DNA of 64,000 nucleotides from Candidatus Moraniibacteriota bacterium (GTDB lineage: Bacteria > Patescibacteriota > Minisyncoccia > Moranbacterales > UBA2206): NCBI GenBank assembly GCA_030679995.1, contig JAUXSK010000015.1, forward strand, positions 3,607 to 67,606, in the 5' to 3' direction. This document shows, in pieces, positions 1 to 10,022 of the stretch (positions are counted from its first letter, which is position 1; every line of letters starts with the position of its first letter). A program made the position numbers and the translations under genes. Under the pieces are notes generated by a model that saw nothing but the letters and a program-made list of their open reading frames with translations, had not been told where the DNA came from and ran no database searches.

Positions 1-330
1 CCGGTTGATTTTGTGGATGATCGCTTGGATATTGGGCCGGAAACCGTGGAAAAATTCAAGGCCATTATCGCCAGTGCCAAGACGATCGCTTGGAACGGGC
101 CGACCGGAAAATTCGAGGATGAGAAATATGCCAAGAGTTCCAATGAAATCCTGGAAGCAGTCATTGCCAGCGGAGCTTTTGTTCTGGTGGGCGGCGGCGA
201 AACCCTGGAAATCTTGGAAAAAAACCACGCTATGGATGACATCTCTTTTGTTTCCACAGGCGGCGGAGCGATGCTGGACTTTTTGGCCGGCAATGCGATG
301 CCGGGAATCGAAGCCTTGTCACGAGGATAA
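1..330 (+). CDS. pgk: phosphoglycerate kinase, C-terminal part (5' end outside the window)
   Basis: Frame open from base 1; LDIGPET, WNGPxGxFE, GGGET and STGGGA motifs of PGK. Confidence 0.95.
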   Translation, partial: PVDFVDDRLDIGPETVEKFKAIIASAKTIAWNGPTGKFEDEKYAKSSNEILEAVIASGAFVLVGGGETLEILEKNHAMDDISFVSTGGGAMLDFLAGNAMPGIEALSRG

Positions 331-392
331 TCCGCAGCGGTCCTTGGCCGTAGCGTCCGAGCAAATCGAATATCGTTTGGAAATCCATAAAG

Positions 393-420
393 ATGGGGCG
401 TCAGCCCCGTTTTTTGTTTT
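393..420 (+). terminator. intrinsic terminator after pgk
   Basis: ATGGGGC-GTCA-GCCCCGT hairpin followed by a T-tract. Confidence 0.6.
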
Positions 421-472
421 GTCGAGCTTGTGATATAATATTGGATAGCCTAATCAAATTAACGAAATTTTT

Positions 473-1732
473 ATGTCTAAAATAAAGAAAATTTTTGCGC
501 GGGAAATCTTGGATTCACGGGGTAATCCGACGGTGGAAGTGGATGTCGAGCTGGAATCGGGCGTGAAGGCGACGGCGGCTGTTCCGTCCGGCGCTTCGAC
601 GGGGACTTTTGAGGCTTTGGAATTACGTGATGGCGATAAAAAAAGATATAATGGCTTGGGAGTTTTGCAGGCGGTGGAAAACGTGAACAAAAAAATCCAG
701 AAAGCGGTGGTCGGGATGGAGGCGGAAAAACAAATGGAAATTGACCAAAAAATGCTGGAATTGGATGGGACGGAAAATAAGACCAATTTGGGGGCTAATG
801 CGATTTTGGGCGTGTCGTTGGCGGTTTGCCGCGCGGCTGCGCTGGAGCAGGAAATTCCCTTGTACAAATATATCGCTAAGACTTTCAAATTTCCGGCTAA
901 GCTGAAATTACCTACCCCGATGTTCAATGTGATCAATGGCGGAAAACACAGTGATTCTGGACTTTCCATCCAGGAATATAAAATCGTGCCGAATGGCATT
1001 AAAACTTTCCGCGAGCAATTCCGCGCCGGCAGTGAAATTTTCCATAAGTTGAAAGAAATCCTGGCGTCCGAAGGCCAGAGTGTGGCGGTAGGAGACGAGG
1101 GCGGGTTCGCTCCGCGCCTGGAAAGCAATTCCAAAGCCTTGGAGTTGATGAATCGGGCGATTACCGAAGCCGGCTATGCTAAAGGCAAGCAAGTCAGCAC
1201 CGGTATCGATGCGGCTGCCTCTTCATTTTTTGATGAAAAAGAAGGCCAATATATCTTCAAGCCGGAAAGTAATGGTATAACCCGGGAAATGTTGATGAAT
1301 ATCTATAACGAATGGATCGCGAAATATAATGTCATCTCGGTGGAAGATGGCTTGAATGAGAATGATTGGGAGGGCTGGAGCGCGATGGAGAAAAAAATCG
1401 GCAAGAAAGTGATGACGATCGGGGATGATTTGCTGGTCACTAACGTGAAAAGGCTCAAAATGGCTATTCGTGAAAAAGCTTGCAATTCGGTCCTGATCAA
1501 GGTCAATCAGATCGGTTCACTCACGGAAACGGTCGACTGTATAAAATTGGCTAAGAAAAATAAGATGAAAATCGTCATTTCCCATCGAAGCGGGGAAACC
1601 ACGGATGATTTCATTTCCGATTTGGCGGTCGGAACCGGTGCGGAATATATGAAATCCGGATCGCTTTCAAGAGGGGAAAGGATCTGCAAATATAACCGGC
1701 TTTTGAGGATCGAAGAGGAAATAACGAAATAA
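473..1732 (+). CDS. eno: enolase
   Basis: REILDSRGNPTVEV, VPSGASTG, GDEGGFAP, SHRSGET and RxxKYNRLL motifs. Confidence 0.98.
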   Translation: MSKIKKIFAREILDSRGNPTVEVDVELESGVKATAAVPSGASTGTFEALELRDGDKKRYNGLGVLQAVENVNKKIQKAVVGMEAEKQMEIDQKMLELDGTENKTNLGANAILGVSLAVCRAAALEQEIPLYKYIAKTFKFPAKLKLPTPMFNVINGGKHSDSGLSIQEYKIVPNGIKTFREQFRAGSEIFHKLKEILASEGQSVAVGDEGGFAPRLESNSKALELMNRAITEAGYAKGKQVSTGIDAAASSFFDEKEGQYIFKPESNGITREMLMNIYNEWIAKYNVISVEDGLNENDWEGWSAMEKKIGKKVMTIGDDLLVTNVKRLKMAIREKACNSVLIKVNQIGSLTETVDCIKLAKKNKMKIVISHRSGETTDDFISDLAVGTGAEYMKSGSLSRGERICKYNRLLRIEEEITK

Positions 1733-1847
1733 ATTTTCGGATTTCCGATTCCGTAATTCTTCAAGAATCAAGGATGGTTTGAAAAATAAAACATAAATAT
1801 CGGATATTTGAGAATCGGGCCAGGTACACTAAAAAGAATATCAAAAT

Positions 1848-3404
1848 ATGAATAACAAAAAAACACCTACGCTGCTGGTAATATTGGATGGTTGGGGCGT
1901 CGCGCCGCCATCCAAAGGCAACGCGATAACGATGGCTAAAAAACCGGTCTTGGACCGGCTATATGAAACATATCCGTCGACAGTGATTGGCGCGACCGGC
2001 GAGGATGTCGGCCTGGAGGATCACAAGATGAGCGGATCGGAAGCCGGCCATATGAATATCGGGGCGGGCCGGATAATCAACCAGGATTCGCTGTATATTT
2101 CCAACAGTATCAAGGACAAAAGTTTTTTCATAAATCCGACTTTGGTGTGCGCGATGCATCACGCGAAGAAATATAATAGCAGCTTGCACGTAATGGGTCT
2201 TATGGGTAATTCGGACAGTCCGCATAGTGATCCGGAGCATTTTCGCGCAATTTTGGAACTGGCGAAGAAAAATAATATTCCGCAAGTATATTGCCATTTA
2301 TTTACGGACGGACGCGACTCCTATCCGCGGAGCGCCCATAAGCATTTGAAACATTATCAAAAGATAATGGCGGAGGTCGGCATCGGGAAGATCGCGACTT
2401 TGAGCGGGCGGTTTTATGCGATGGACCGCGCCAAAAATTGGAAACGATTGACTTTGGCATATGATGCGATAGTTTTTTTGCGGGGCGAGAAAGCCGGTTC
2501 CCCTGAGGAAGCGATTGATAATGCGTATGATATCGGGCTGACGGATGAATATCTGATTCCGACCGTGATCCATGAAAACGGCCGTCCGGTCGTGCGGATC
2601 AGTGAGAATGACGCGGTCATTTTTTATAATTTGCGATCCGATCGAGCTAGGCAATTCACCAAACTTTTCGTGGCGATGAGCAAAGAAAGCATTATGGAAG
2701 ACGATATGCCGATAACTGACAAAATAAAGAACTTATATTTCGCGGCTATGACGGATTTCGGTCCGGATTTGGAAATCCACACGGCTTTTCCGGGGCACAC
2801 CATTTCGGCGACTTTGCCGATGGTTTTGGGCGGTATAAAACAGTTGTATATCGCTGAATCGGAAAAATTCGCCCACGTGACCTATTTCTTGAATGGCGGT
2901 TATGCGGATCTGGTCGACGGTGAAACGCGTGTCATGATCGAATCGCCAGTCGTCGATTCATATGCCAAGATCCCGCAAATGTCGGCTGAGCGGATAACTG
3001 ACACGATTTTGCAAAGCATCCAAGATGACGAATATGATTTTATCGCGGTCAATTATGCCAATGCGGATATGGTCGGGCATACCGGGGATATGGGAGCTAC
3101 GGTGGAGGCGATAGAATTTTTAGACAAACAGATCGGCCGGCTGGCGAAGAAAATATCGGCTGGCGGTGGTAATATGATCATTACCGCGGACCATGGCAAC
3201 GCTGACGATATGGTGGATTTCGACAGCGACCAGCCGAATACTTTCCATACCAAAAATCCGGTGCCCTTCCTGTTAGTTGGGGAAAGATTTAAAAACAAAA
3301 AATTGCGCGATGGCGGCGTTCTGGGGAATATCGCTCCGACCATCTTGGATATTCTGGGCATAGAGAAACCGGGATTGATGGTCAAAGAGTCATTGTTGAA
3401 ATAA
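1848..3404 (+). CDS. gpmI: 2,3-bisphosphoglycerate-independent phosphoglycerate mutase
   Basis: LVILDGWG, GSEAGH, DGRD, GRFYAMDR, NADMVGHTG and TADHGNA motifs. Confidence 0.96.
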   Translation: MNNKKTPTLLVILDGWGVAPPSKGNAITMAKKPVLDRLYETYPSTVIGATGEDVGLEDHKMSGSEAGHMNIGAGRIINQDSLYISNSIKDKSFFINPTLVCAMHHAKKYNSSLHVMGLMGNSDSPHSDPEHFRAILELAKKNNIPQVYCHLFTDGRDSYPRSAHKHLKHYQKIMAEVGIGKIATLSGRFYAMDRAKNWKRLTLAYDAIVFLRGEKAGSPEEAIDNAYDIGLTDEYLIPTVIHENGRPVVRISENDAVIFYNLRSDRARQFTKLFVAMSKESIMEDDMPITDKIKNLYFAAMTDFGPDLEIHTAFPGHTISATLPMVLGGIKQLYIAESEKFAHVTYFLNGGYADLVDGETRVMIESPVVDSYAKIPQMSAERITDTILQSIQDDEYDFIAVNYANADMVGHTGDMGATVEAIEFLDKQIGRLAKKISAGGGNMIITADHGNADDMVDFDSDQPNTFHTKNPVPFLLVGERFKNKKLRDGGVLGNIAPTILDILGIEKPGLMVKESLLK

Positions 3405-3411
3405 TTTTTAA

Positions 3412-4416
3412 ATGGATAATTCTATGGATAAGATAATTTGCATCGGCTCATCCACCAAGGATGTCATATTTCCGATGAATGATGGAATCGTGGTGGAAAC
3501 TCCAAGTGACTTGGAATGCCAGAGAAAAATCACTTTTGAATTGGGGGCTAAATACCAACTTGCCGGCGGACGGCATGAATCCATCGGTGGTTGCGCGGCC
3601 AATGTGGCTTGCGGTCTGTCTCGTCTGGGTATCGGGACTTTTTGTTGCACCCGGATGGGAAACGACCAATCCGGCGAATGGATCAAAGATGAGTTGGAAA
3701 AAAACGGCGTTGCGACCGATTTGTTGCAAATGGATAGGGAATGCCGGAGCGACCTTTCGTTCATCCTGGCCCATATTCCCAGTGAAGACCGGATTATATT
3801 TTCTGACCGCGATGCGAATGAAAAATTGGAAGTGCTTTCGGATGAGATAAGGAAAATTCCGGCGGAGTGGTTTTTTGTCAGTTCGCTTAATGGGAATAAA
3901 GATGAAAGCTGGGAAGTTAAGTTGGACAAGATATTGGCGCTGGTTCGGGATGGCGACAAAAAAATGGTTTTCAATCCCGGGCAAAAAAACATCAAAATAA
4001 ATACGCAAAAAGTGATCGAAGGAGTCAGGCAGGCACAAATATTGATCGTCAATAAGGATGAGGCGATTGAGATCGTTGAAAAATCCGGGGATTTCGACAT
4101 CAATTCACTTAATGACGAAAGGTTTTTGGCGGAAAAATTGAACGCCTTGGGTGCCCGGACCGTAGCTTTGACGGACGGCGCGCGCGGTGCTTGGGGATTT
4201 GATGGCAAGGATTTTTTGCATATCGCGGCGAGGAAAGAAAAAGTCGCTGATACCTTGGGTGCGGGTGATGCTTTTTCCAGTGGCTTTATCGCCGCCCAAA
4301 TGAAAAGTAGGGATTTGGAAGAATGTTTGCGCTGGGGCATCGCCAATAGCAGCAGCGTCGTCAACTTCTATGGCGCTGTTGAGGGCCTGCTGGATGAGAA
4401 AAAAATATCAGTCTAA
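3412..4416 (+). CDS. PfkB/ribokinase-family carbohydrate kinase
   Basis: GGCAANVAxGLSRLG, NxDEA and DTLGAGDAF PfkB signatures. Confidence 0.9.
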   Translation: MDNSMDKIICIGSSTKDVIFPMNDGIVVETPSDLECQRKITFELGAKYQLAGGRHESIGGCAANVACGLSRLGIGTFCCTRMGNDQSGEWIKDELEKNGVATDLLQMDRECRSDLSFILAHIPSEDRIIFSDRDANEKLEVLSDEIRKIPAEWFFVSSLNGNKDESWEVKLDKILALVRDGDKKMVFNPGQKNIKINTQKVIEGVRQAQILIVNKDEAIEIVEKSGDFDINSLNDERFLAEKLNALGARTVALTDGARGAWGFDGKDFLHIAARKEKVADTLGAGDAFSSGFIAAQMKSRDLEECLRWGIANSSSVVNFYGAVEGLLDEKKISV

Positions 4417-4422
4417 AAAAAT

Positions 4423-6501
4423 ATGTCAAATTTAAAAAAATTATTCAATCCCGGATCGATCGCCGTCGTTGGCGCTTCGCAGGAGTCTGGCAAAGTCGGC
4501 AATGTCATCGCGAAAAACCTGATTGAACTGGGATATGCCGGCAAGGTTTTTTTTGTCAACCCGAAGCATGACAAAATCTATGACCAGCGAAGTTATAAGA
4601 GTCTTGGCGAGATCGTGGAGAAGATCGATCTGGCGATTATCGTTTTGCCGGCTAAAATCGTCGTGCCGGTCGTCCGCGAGGCTGCCGGTCGTGTAAAAAA
4701 TTTCGTAGTCATTTCCGCCGGATTTTCCGAGACGGACGAGGAAGGGCGGGAGCGGGAAAAGGAGCTGGAGGCTTTGGCAGAGGAAAAAGAATTGAATATC
4801 CTCGGGCCGAATTGTTTGGGATTTATAATCCCCAAATTGAATTTGAATGCTTCTTTCGCGGGCGGGATGCCAAAGGCGGGCAATGTTTCTTTCGTGTCCC
4901 AGTCTGGCGCTTTGGCGGTGGCGATTATGGATATCGCCAGGAAAGAAAACATCCAGTTTTCCAATATAATTTCCGTCGGCAATAAAATGCGGATCGATGA
5001 AGCGGGAATTTTGGAATACCTGGCCCAGGATCCCGATACGAAAGTCATCGGGATGTATTTGGAAGGGATAAAAAACGGGCCGGAGTTTATCAAAATGGCG
5101 CAAAAAGTTTCCAAGACTAAGCCGATAATAATCATCAAGGCCGGCAAGACTGAAAAATCACAACAAGCGATTTCTTCCCATACTGGCGCTTTGGCGGGCA
5201 GCGATGATATCGTAGAAGCGGTTTTTAAAAAAGCGGGAATCTTGCGGGCGGAAAATTTAGAAGACCTGTTCGCTTTGATTGAATTGATTTCAAACACGCA
5301 AGCGCCGAAAACCAACCAAGTGGCGGTAATCACCAATGCAGGCGGTCCGGGCGTCCTGACTACGGACGCTTTCGACGGAAAAGAAATCGAGCTGGGCGAT
5401 CCGGATGATGGAATAAAAAATAGGTTGCGGGAATTTTTGCCGGCGGAATCGTCTGTGGCAAATCCAATCGATCTTCTTGGGGATGCGATGGAGGATAGGT
5501 ATGCCCAGGCGCTGGATGTTCTGGATTCGATGGAGGGGGTGGGTGCGCTGGTGTGCGTCCTGACTCCGCAAGACCAGACCCCGGTCGGCAAAATAGCAGA
5601 CAGCATAATCGCTTTCAGGAATAAAACCGATAAATTAGTGGCGACTGTCTTCATCGGTGGAGAAAGGGTAGAGAAGGGTATCACCAAATTAAAGGAAGGT
5701 GGCATTCCGAATTTTTCTTTTCCGGATTTAGCCGTGAGGGCGATTGATGAATACTATGCCTGGAACAGGCGCAGGATAGCGGACCAGTCCGGGGTGGAAA
5801 CCGCGAAACAAATCACTGTCGATGCCGGCCGGCAGAAAAAGGTCGCGGCGATTATCGGAAAGGCCCGGGAAGAAAAGCGAGGAGCGCTTTCATTTCCGGA
5901 GGCTCAAAAAATCATGGCGATGTATGGCGTAAAAACCCCGAATGTGACGGATATTGCGGCGGGGGACAGTTTGCCGGAAGGAATTGGGTTTCCGGCCGTG
6001 ATGAAAGTCGACAGTGATAAGGTTTTGCACAAGACTGACAAACAAGGCGTGATTTTGAATATAAAAAACCGGGAAGAGTTGGAAAGGGCCTATGCGCGGA
6101 TGGAAGATAATTTTCCAGGCGAGAAATTCATCATCCAACCGATGCTTGCGATAAAAACCGAACTTATCGCCGGGATAAAGATCGATGGCATATTCGGCCC
6201 GATTATCGTCTATGGTTTAGGTGGAATCTATACGGAAGTTTTTAAGATGGTTGATTTCTTGGTTTCCCCAAGTAGTGTCCAGGATGTGGCGGATTCGCTC
6301 GCGCAAGGCAAAATCAAATTTTTATTCGAAAAAACACGCGGCCAGAATCCGTATGATATCAAGAACATCGCGGAAATCCTATTCGGTTTGTCTCTGTTGG
6401 CCCGGGAAGCAGATGAAATAAAAGAATTGGATATTAATCCGCTTCTGGTCTATAATGATGGCAAAGAGGCTGTGGCAGTCGATGTTAAAATAATAATTTA
6501 A
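4423..6501 (+). CDS. acetate--CoA ligase (ADP-forming), fused alpha/beta type
   Basis: CoA-binding N-terminus (SIAVVGAS, GPNCLG, SQSGA), phospho-His motif SHTGALAG, ATP-grasp C-terminus (HKTD, ELDINPL). Confidence 0.9.
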   Translation: MSNLKKLFNPGSIAVVGASQESGKVGNVIAKNLIELGYAGKVFFVNPKHDKIYDQRSYKSLGEIVEKIDLAIIVLPAKIVVPVVREAAGRVKNFVVISAGFSETDEEGREREKELEALAEEKELNILGPNCLGFIIPKLNLNASFAGGMPKAGNVSFVSQSGALAVAIMDIARKENIQFSNIISVGNKMRIDEAGILEYLAQDPDTKVIGMYLEGIKNGPEFIKMAQKVSKTKPIIIIKAGKTEKSQQAISSHTGALAGSDDIVEAVFKKAGILRAENLEDLFALIELISNTQAPKTNQVAVITNAGGPGVLTTDAFDGKEIELGDPDDGIKNRLREFLPAESSVANPIDLLGDAMEDRYAQALDVLDSMEGVGALVCVLTPQDQTPVGKIADSIIAFRNKTDKLVATVFIGGERVEKGITKLKEGGIPNFSFPDLAVRAIDEYYAWNRRRIADQSGVETAKQITVDAGRQKKVAAIIGKAREEKRGALSFPEAQKIMAMYGVKTPNVTDIAAGDSLPEGIGFPAVMKVDSDKVLHKTDKQGVILNIKNREELERAYARMEDNFPGEKFIIQPMLAIKTELIAGIKIDGIFGPIIVYGLGGIYTEVFKMVDFLVSPSSVQDVADSLAQGKIKFLFEKTRGQNPYDIKNIAEILFGLSLLAREADEIKELDINPLLVYNDGKEAVAVDVKIII

Positions 6502-6570
6502 GATTCATCCGGTTAACATAGCCGCTAGGAGCGAATTGTATCCGCGGTATTTGACGGAATATGAACAAAT

Positions 6571-7140
6571 ATGAAAAAAACATTGAAAATCCTGTTGGTA
6601 GATGACGAAGACGTGACAAGGGGTATGTATGCTGAAATTTTCCGCAAAGAGGGTTTTACGGTTTCAGAGGCTAAAAACGGCGTAGATGGTTTGGATGGCG
6701 CGACCAAGGATGTGCCGGATATCATCTTTACCGGAATCGTTATGCCAGTGATGGACGGTTTCACTATGATGGAGGCTTTGAAAAAGAACGTGGTGACAAG
6801 TAATATCCCGGTTGTGATTTCTTCCCATTTGGGGCGCGAAGAGGATCAGCAGCGGGCGCGTGATTTGGGAGCCAAAGCTTTTTTTATCCGGGGCTTCTAT
6901 ACGCCATATGAAATCGTAGAGAAAATCCGGGCGATATTCGAACTTCCGGAATATAAGATAAAATTCGCGGTCAACGAATTGGATGCCGCCAAGATGGCCC
7001 GTGACTTGCGTATTAATATGGATTTCAAATGTCTGAAGTGCGAAGGCGAGTTGGTTTTGGCTATGAAATTGGTGGATGCTAAAAACCAGGAATTTTCAGC
7101 TAAACTCGTATGTGCCGGATGTGGAAATGGGCGCAATTAA
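6571..7140 (+). CDS. atypical receiver-domain protein with C-terminal CxxC...CxxC motif
   Basis: KILLVDDE...PDIIFTGIVMPVMDG receiver fold; CLKC and CAGC at the C-terminus. Confidence 0.85.
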   Translation: MKKTLKILLVDDEDVTRGMYAEIFRKEGFTVSEAKNGVDGLDGATKDVPDIIFTGIVMPVMDGFTMMEALKKNVVTSNIPVVISSHLGREEDQQRARDLGAKAFFIRGFYTPYEIVEKIRAIFELPEYKIKFAVNELDAAKMARDLRINMDFKCLKCEGELVLAMKLVDAKNQEFSAKLVCAGCGNGRN

Positions 7141-7214
7141 GGAAATTCGGAATTTCCGGAGCGTTCGTCCTGACCAAAGGTGTGAGCTATAAAAAAATAA
7201 AAAAATATTTTGCG

Positions 7215-7255
7215 GAGCTCAATCCGCTCGTGGCGGGTTGGGCTTTGTTGTTTTG
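7215..7255 (+). terminator. intrinsic terminator
   Basis: GAGCTCAATCCGC-TCGTG-GCGGGTTGGGCTT stem with G-U pairs, followed by a T-rich tail. Confidence 0.55.
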
Positions 7256-7262
7256 AAAAAAA

Positions 7263-8978
7263 ATGCGGAAGAAATGGGATGTTAAAAAAGAATCAGGCAA
7301 TCCGATCGTCGGTTTGGAAGATGGGGGATTCCATCCGGTCGTTTTGCGGCTTCTGGCCAATAGAGGGATTACGGAGGCTGATGGGATAAGGAAATTTTTC
7401 GATTTTAACTATGACTCGGATGTCCATAGTCCATTCTTGTTTTCCGATATGGAAAAGGCGATGGCCAGGATGGCACGGGCTAAGGAAGGAAAGGAAAAAT
7501 TGGCGATTTTCGGCGATTATGATGCCGACGGCGTGACGGCGACGGCGCTTATGTATGAAACGCTGACAAATCTTGGATTTACCGATGTCATTCCATATAT
7601 TCCCGGCCGGCAGACCGAAGGCTATGGGATGAATGAGGCTGCTATCGAATATCTGTCCAAGGAAGGCGTAAGTCTGATTATCACGGTCGATTGTGGCGTG
7701 ACTAATGTGGCGCAGACTGACAAGGCTAAGAGTTTAGGCGTTGACGTGATCATAACCGACCATCATTATGTGCCAAAGGAATTGCCGCAGGCTGTAGCGA
7801 TTATCAATCCGCATATGGAAAATTGCGGCTATCCTTTCGCGGATCTGGCCGGAGTCGGCGTGGCGTTCAAATTCGCTGAAGCTTTGTATCGGAAATTCGA
7901 CGCAGGCAGGATCGACCAATTGAAATGGCTCTTGGATCTGGTGGCGATCGGGACGGTGGCGGATTGCGTTCCATTGATCGGTGAAAACCGGGTGTTGGCG
8001 AAATACGGCTTGGTAGTCCTATCTAAGACCCGGCGAGCCGGCCTTTTGGAGATGTTCAAAGTCGGCCGGATTGCTATTGATGAGAATAATATTCCGGACA
8101 CGCAGAAGATCGGTTTCCAAATCGCGCCTAGGATAAACGCCGCTGGACGGATGGACCATGCCAGTATGGCCTATGACCTGCTGATTGAAAAAGATACGGT
8201 CAGGGCCCGTGATATGGCTTTGGAAATCGAAGATAAGAACAAGAGCCGGCAAAAAGTCACTACGGAAATCGTACGCGAAGTGCGGGCTTTGGCGGAAAAT
8301 TCCTTTAAGGAACGGAAGCTGATTTTTGCCGCTAACGAGCATTGGCAGGTCGGAATTTTGGGTTTGATCGCCGGCCGGGTCGCGGAAGAATTCAACAAAC
8401 CGACGGCGGTTTTCCAGAAACGGGAAACGGAATTCGTCGGCTCGTTCCGCAGTATCGATCAGGTCAATATCGTCAAGGTTTTGGAGCAATGTTCGGATTT
8501 GCTCATCCGTTTCGGCGGACATTCTCAGGCGGCCGGGGCGCAGGTGGCGCCTGAAAATATGGATAAATTCTATGAAAAAATGTCCGCTATTATAGAAAAA
8601 CAATTGGAAAACAAAGATATCACGCCGACCATCACGATTGATTTAGAAGTCGGACCGCAAGATATCGATTGGGATTTGGTCGGGGCTATAAATAAATTAC
8701 AACCATTTGGGGAGGGCAATGAGGAGCCGGTTTTTATAATGAAGGATTTATCTATCGCCGATATGAAAGTCGTCGGCAACGGCAGCAAGCATTTGAAATT
8801 GTCTTTGCGCGCGCAGGATGGTCCGAGAATTTTCGAAGCGATCGGTTTCAGATTGGGGGAAAATGAGCTCGGATTGGAAGTCGGCGAAATGGTAGATATC
8901 GTTTTCAATCTGCAGGAAGACGAATGGAATGGTAATAAGAAAATGCAACTCAATCTGGTCGATATCCGCAGGAAATAA
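7263..8978 (+). CDS. recJ: single-stranded-DNA-specific exonuclease RecJ
   Basis: GDYDADG, TVDCG, TDHH, PRINAAGR, GGHSQAAG and PFGEGN motifs (DHH/DHHA1). Confidence 0.96.
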   Translation: MRKKWDVKKESGNPIVGLEDGGFHPVVLRLLANRGITEADGIRKFFDFNYDSDVHSPFLFSDMEKAMARMARAKEGKEKLAIFGDYDADGVTATALMYETLTNLGFTDVIPYIPGRQTEGYGMNEAAIEYLSKEGVSLIITVDCGVTNVAQTDKAKSLGVDVIITDHHYVPKELPQAVAIINPHMENCGYPFADLAGVGVAFKFAEALYRKFDAGRIDQLKWLLDLVAIGTVADCVPLIGENRVLAKYGLVVLSKTRRAGLLEMFKVGRIAIDENNIPDTQKIGFQIAPRINAAGRMDHASMAYDLLIEKDTVRARDMALEIEDKNKSRQKVTTEIVREVRALAENSFKERKLIFAANEHWQVGILGLIAGRVAEEFNKPTAVFQKRETEFVGSFRSIDQVNIVKVLEQCSDLLIRFGGHSQAAGAQVAPENMDKFYEKMSAIIEKQLENKDITPTITIDLEVGPQDIDWDLVGAINKLQPFGEGNEEPVFIMKDLSIADMKVVGNGSKHLKLSLRAQDGPRIFEAIGFRLGENELGLEVGEMVDIVFNLQEDEWNGNKKMQLNLVDIRRK

Positions 8979-8992
8979 ATTCTTCAAATTAT

Positions 8993-9033
8993 AAAAGGGG
9001 TCTTGCCTTTAGCGAGACCCCCCCCTTTTTTTT
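8993..9033. terminator. bidirectional terminator between convergent recJ and pyrD-like genes
   Basis: AAAAGGGGTCTTGC-CTTTA-GCGAGACCCC...TTTTTTTT with an A-tract before and a T-tract after. Confidence 0.7.
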
Positions 9034-9073
9034 AGTGATATTATCAAGATTGCCTGGTGTCTCCAGCCTTCAT

Positions 9074-10021
9074 TTAGTTTAATGATCTGATGAGGTTGGC
9101 GGCTGCCATTGGTCGATATGCGGGTAATGTGCAGATACTGAAAGACGAATCCCGCGTATCTTTCTTGGTTTGCAATATCTCGATGTACGGCAGCATATCG
9201 TTTTTTCCGGATATTCCTCCGCCGAATATCAACGGAACGGAGGTGGAGGGTATGACGACGTCTTTCGCGTAATCATAGGCGGACGACGTGATCAGTTCAC
9301 CCGAATAGCCTCCTTTGGTATTGTCTCCGAGTGGAGATTTTTGATATGGCGATATGCCAAGCGTGATTGCGATATCGAACGGTATGGTGTTCATAGTATG
9401 GATAATATCGACACCGGCTTGTTCGATTTGGTTATAAAATATTCCTGGATATACGATGCTTCCCTTGACTATCAAAATAATATTCGGAAATCTTTTTTTG
9501 ACAGTCCTGCAAAGTTCCAAAATATTTTTTTGATTATCCAAGATATCTTCGCCTGAATTCGGGCAGGATGGGTTGATTTCCAGTATGTAAAAATATCCGC
9601 CCAATATTTTTTTAAAGATATTCAACGCTTCCAACGTTTCCTTAAGACCGAGCTCGTAACCCTTGCTGAAATCAGCAAAGAAGCTTGGGATAACGTTGAA
9701 ACCCAACGATAGCGCGATCCGTATCATAATCGCGCAAATCCATACGCCGGGATTTGTCAGTCCGAACGAGTTAAGGATGCTCCGATTGCTTTTTATCCGA
9801 TGCACGAATTTCCACGTTAGCGGATTCCACCAGATAAAATTACCGATCCGTTTGTGGCGGGTTGCGGATTTCGCAATCACTGAGGTTTTGGTTAACCAAA
9901 CTACGGACATAAAATACCAGAAACGGGGATCAAGAATATAGGGAAACATTCCCATTCCGCCATGCCCCAAGATGGTTGAGATAACTACGTTTGTAATTTT
10001 TTCACGAGCTGCTTTTGACAT
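9074..10021 (-). CDS. pyrD: divergent class-1 dihydroorotate dehydrogenase-like flavoprotein
   Basis: KSAT, LNSFGLTNPG, EINPSCPN (catalytic Cys), NTI, GGYSG and GGGI motifs of FMN-dependent DHODH. Confidence 0.75.
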   Translation of the reverse strand: MSKAAREKITNVVISTILGHGGMGMFPYILDPRFWYFMSVVWLTKTSVIAKSATRHKRIGNFIWWNPLTWKFVHRIKSNRSILNSFGLTNPGVWICAIMIRIALSLGFNVIPSFFADFSKGYELGLKETLEALNIFKKILGGYFYILEINPSCPNSGEDILDNQKNILELCRTVKKRFPNIILIVKGSIVYPGIFYNQIEQAGVDIIHTMNTIPFDIAITLGISPYQKSPLGDNTKGGYSGELITSSAYDYAKDVVIPSTSVPLIFGGGISGKNDMLPYIEILQTKKDTRDSSFSICTLPAYRPMAAANLIRSLN

Positions 10022-10022
10022 T

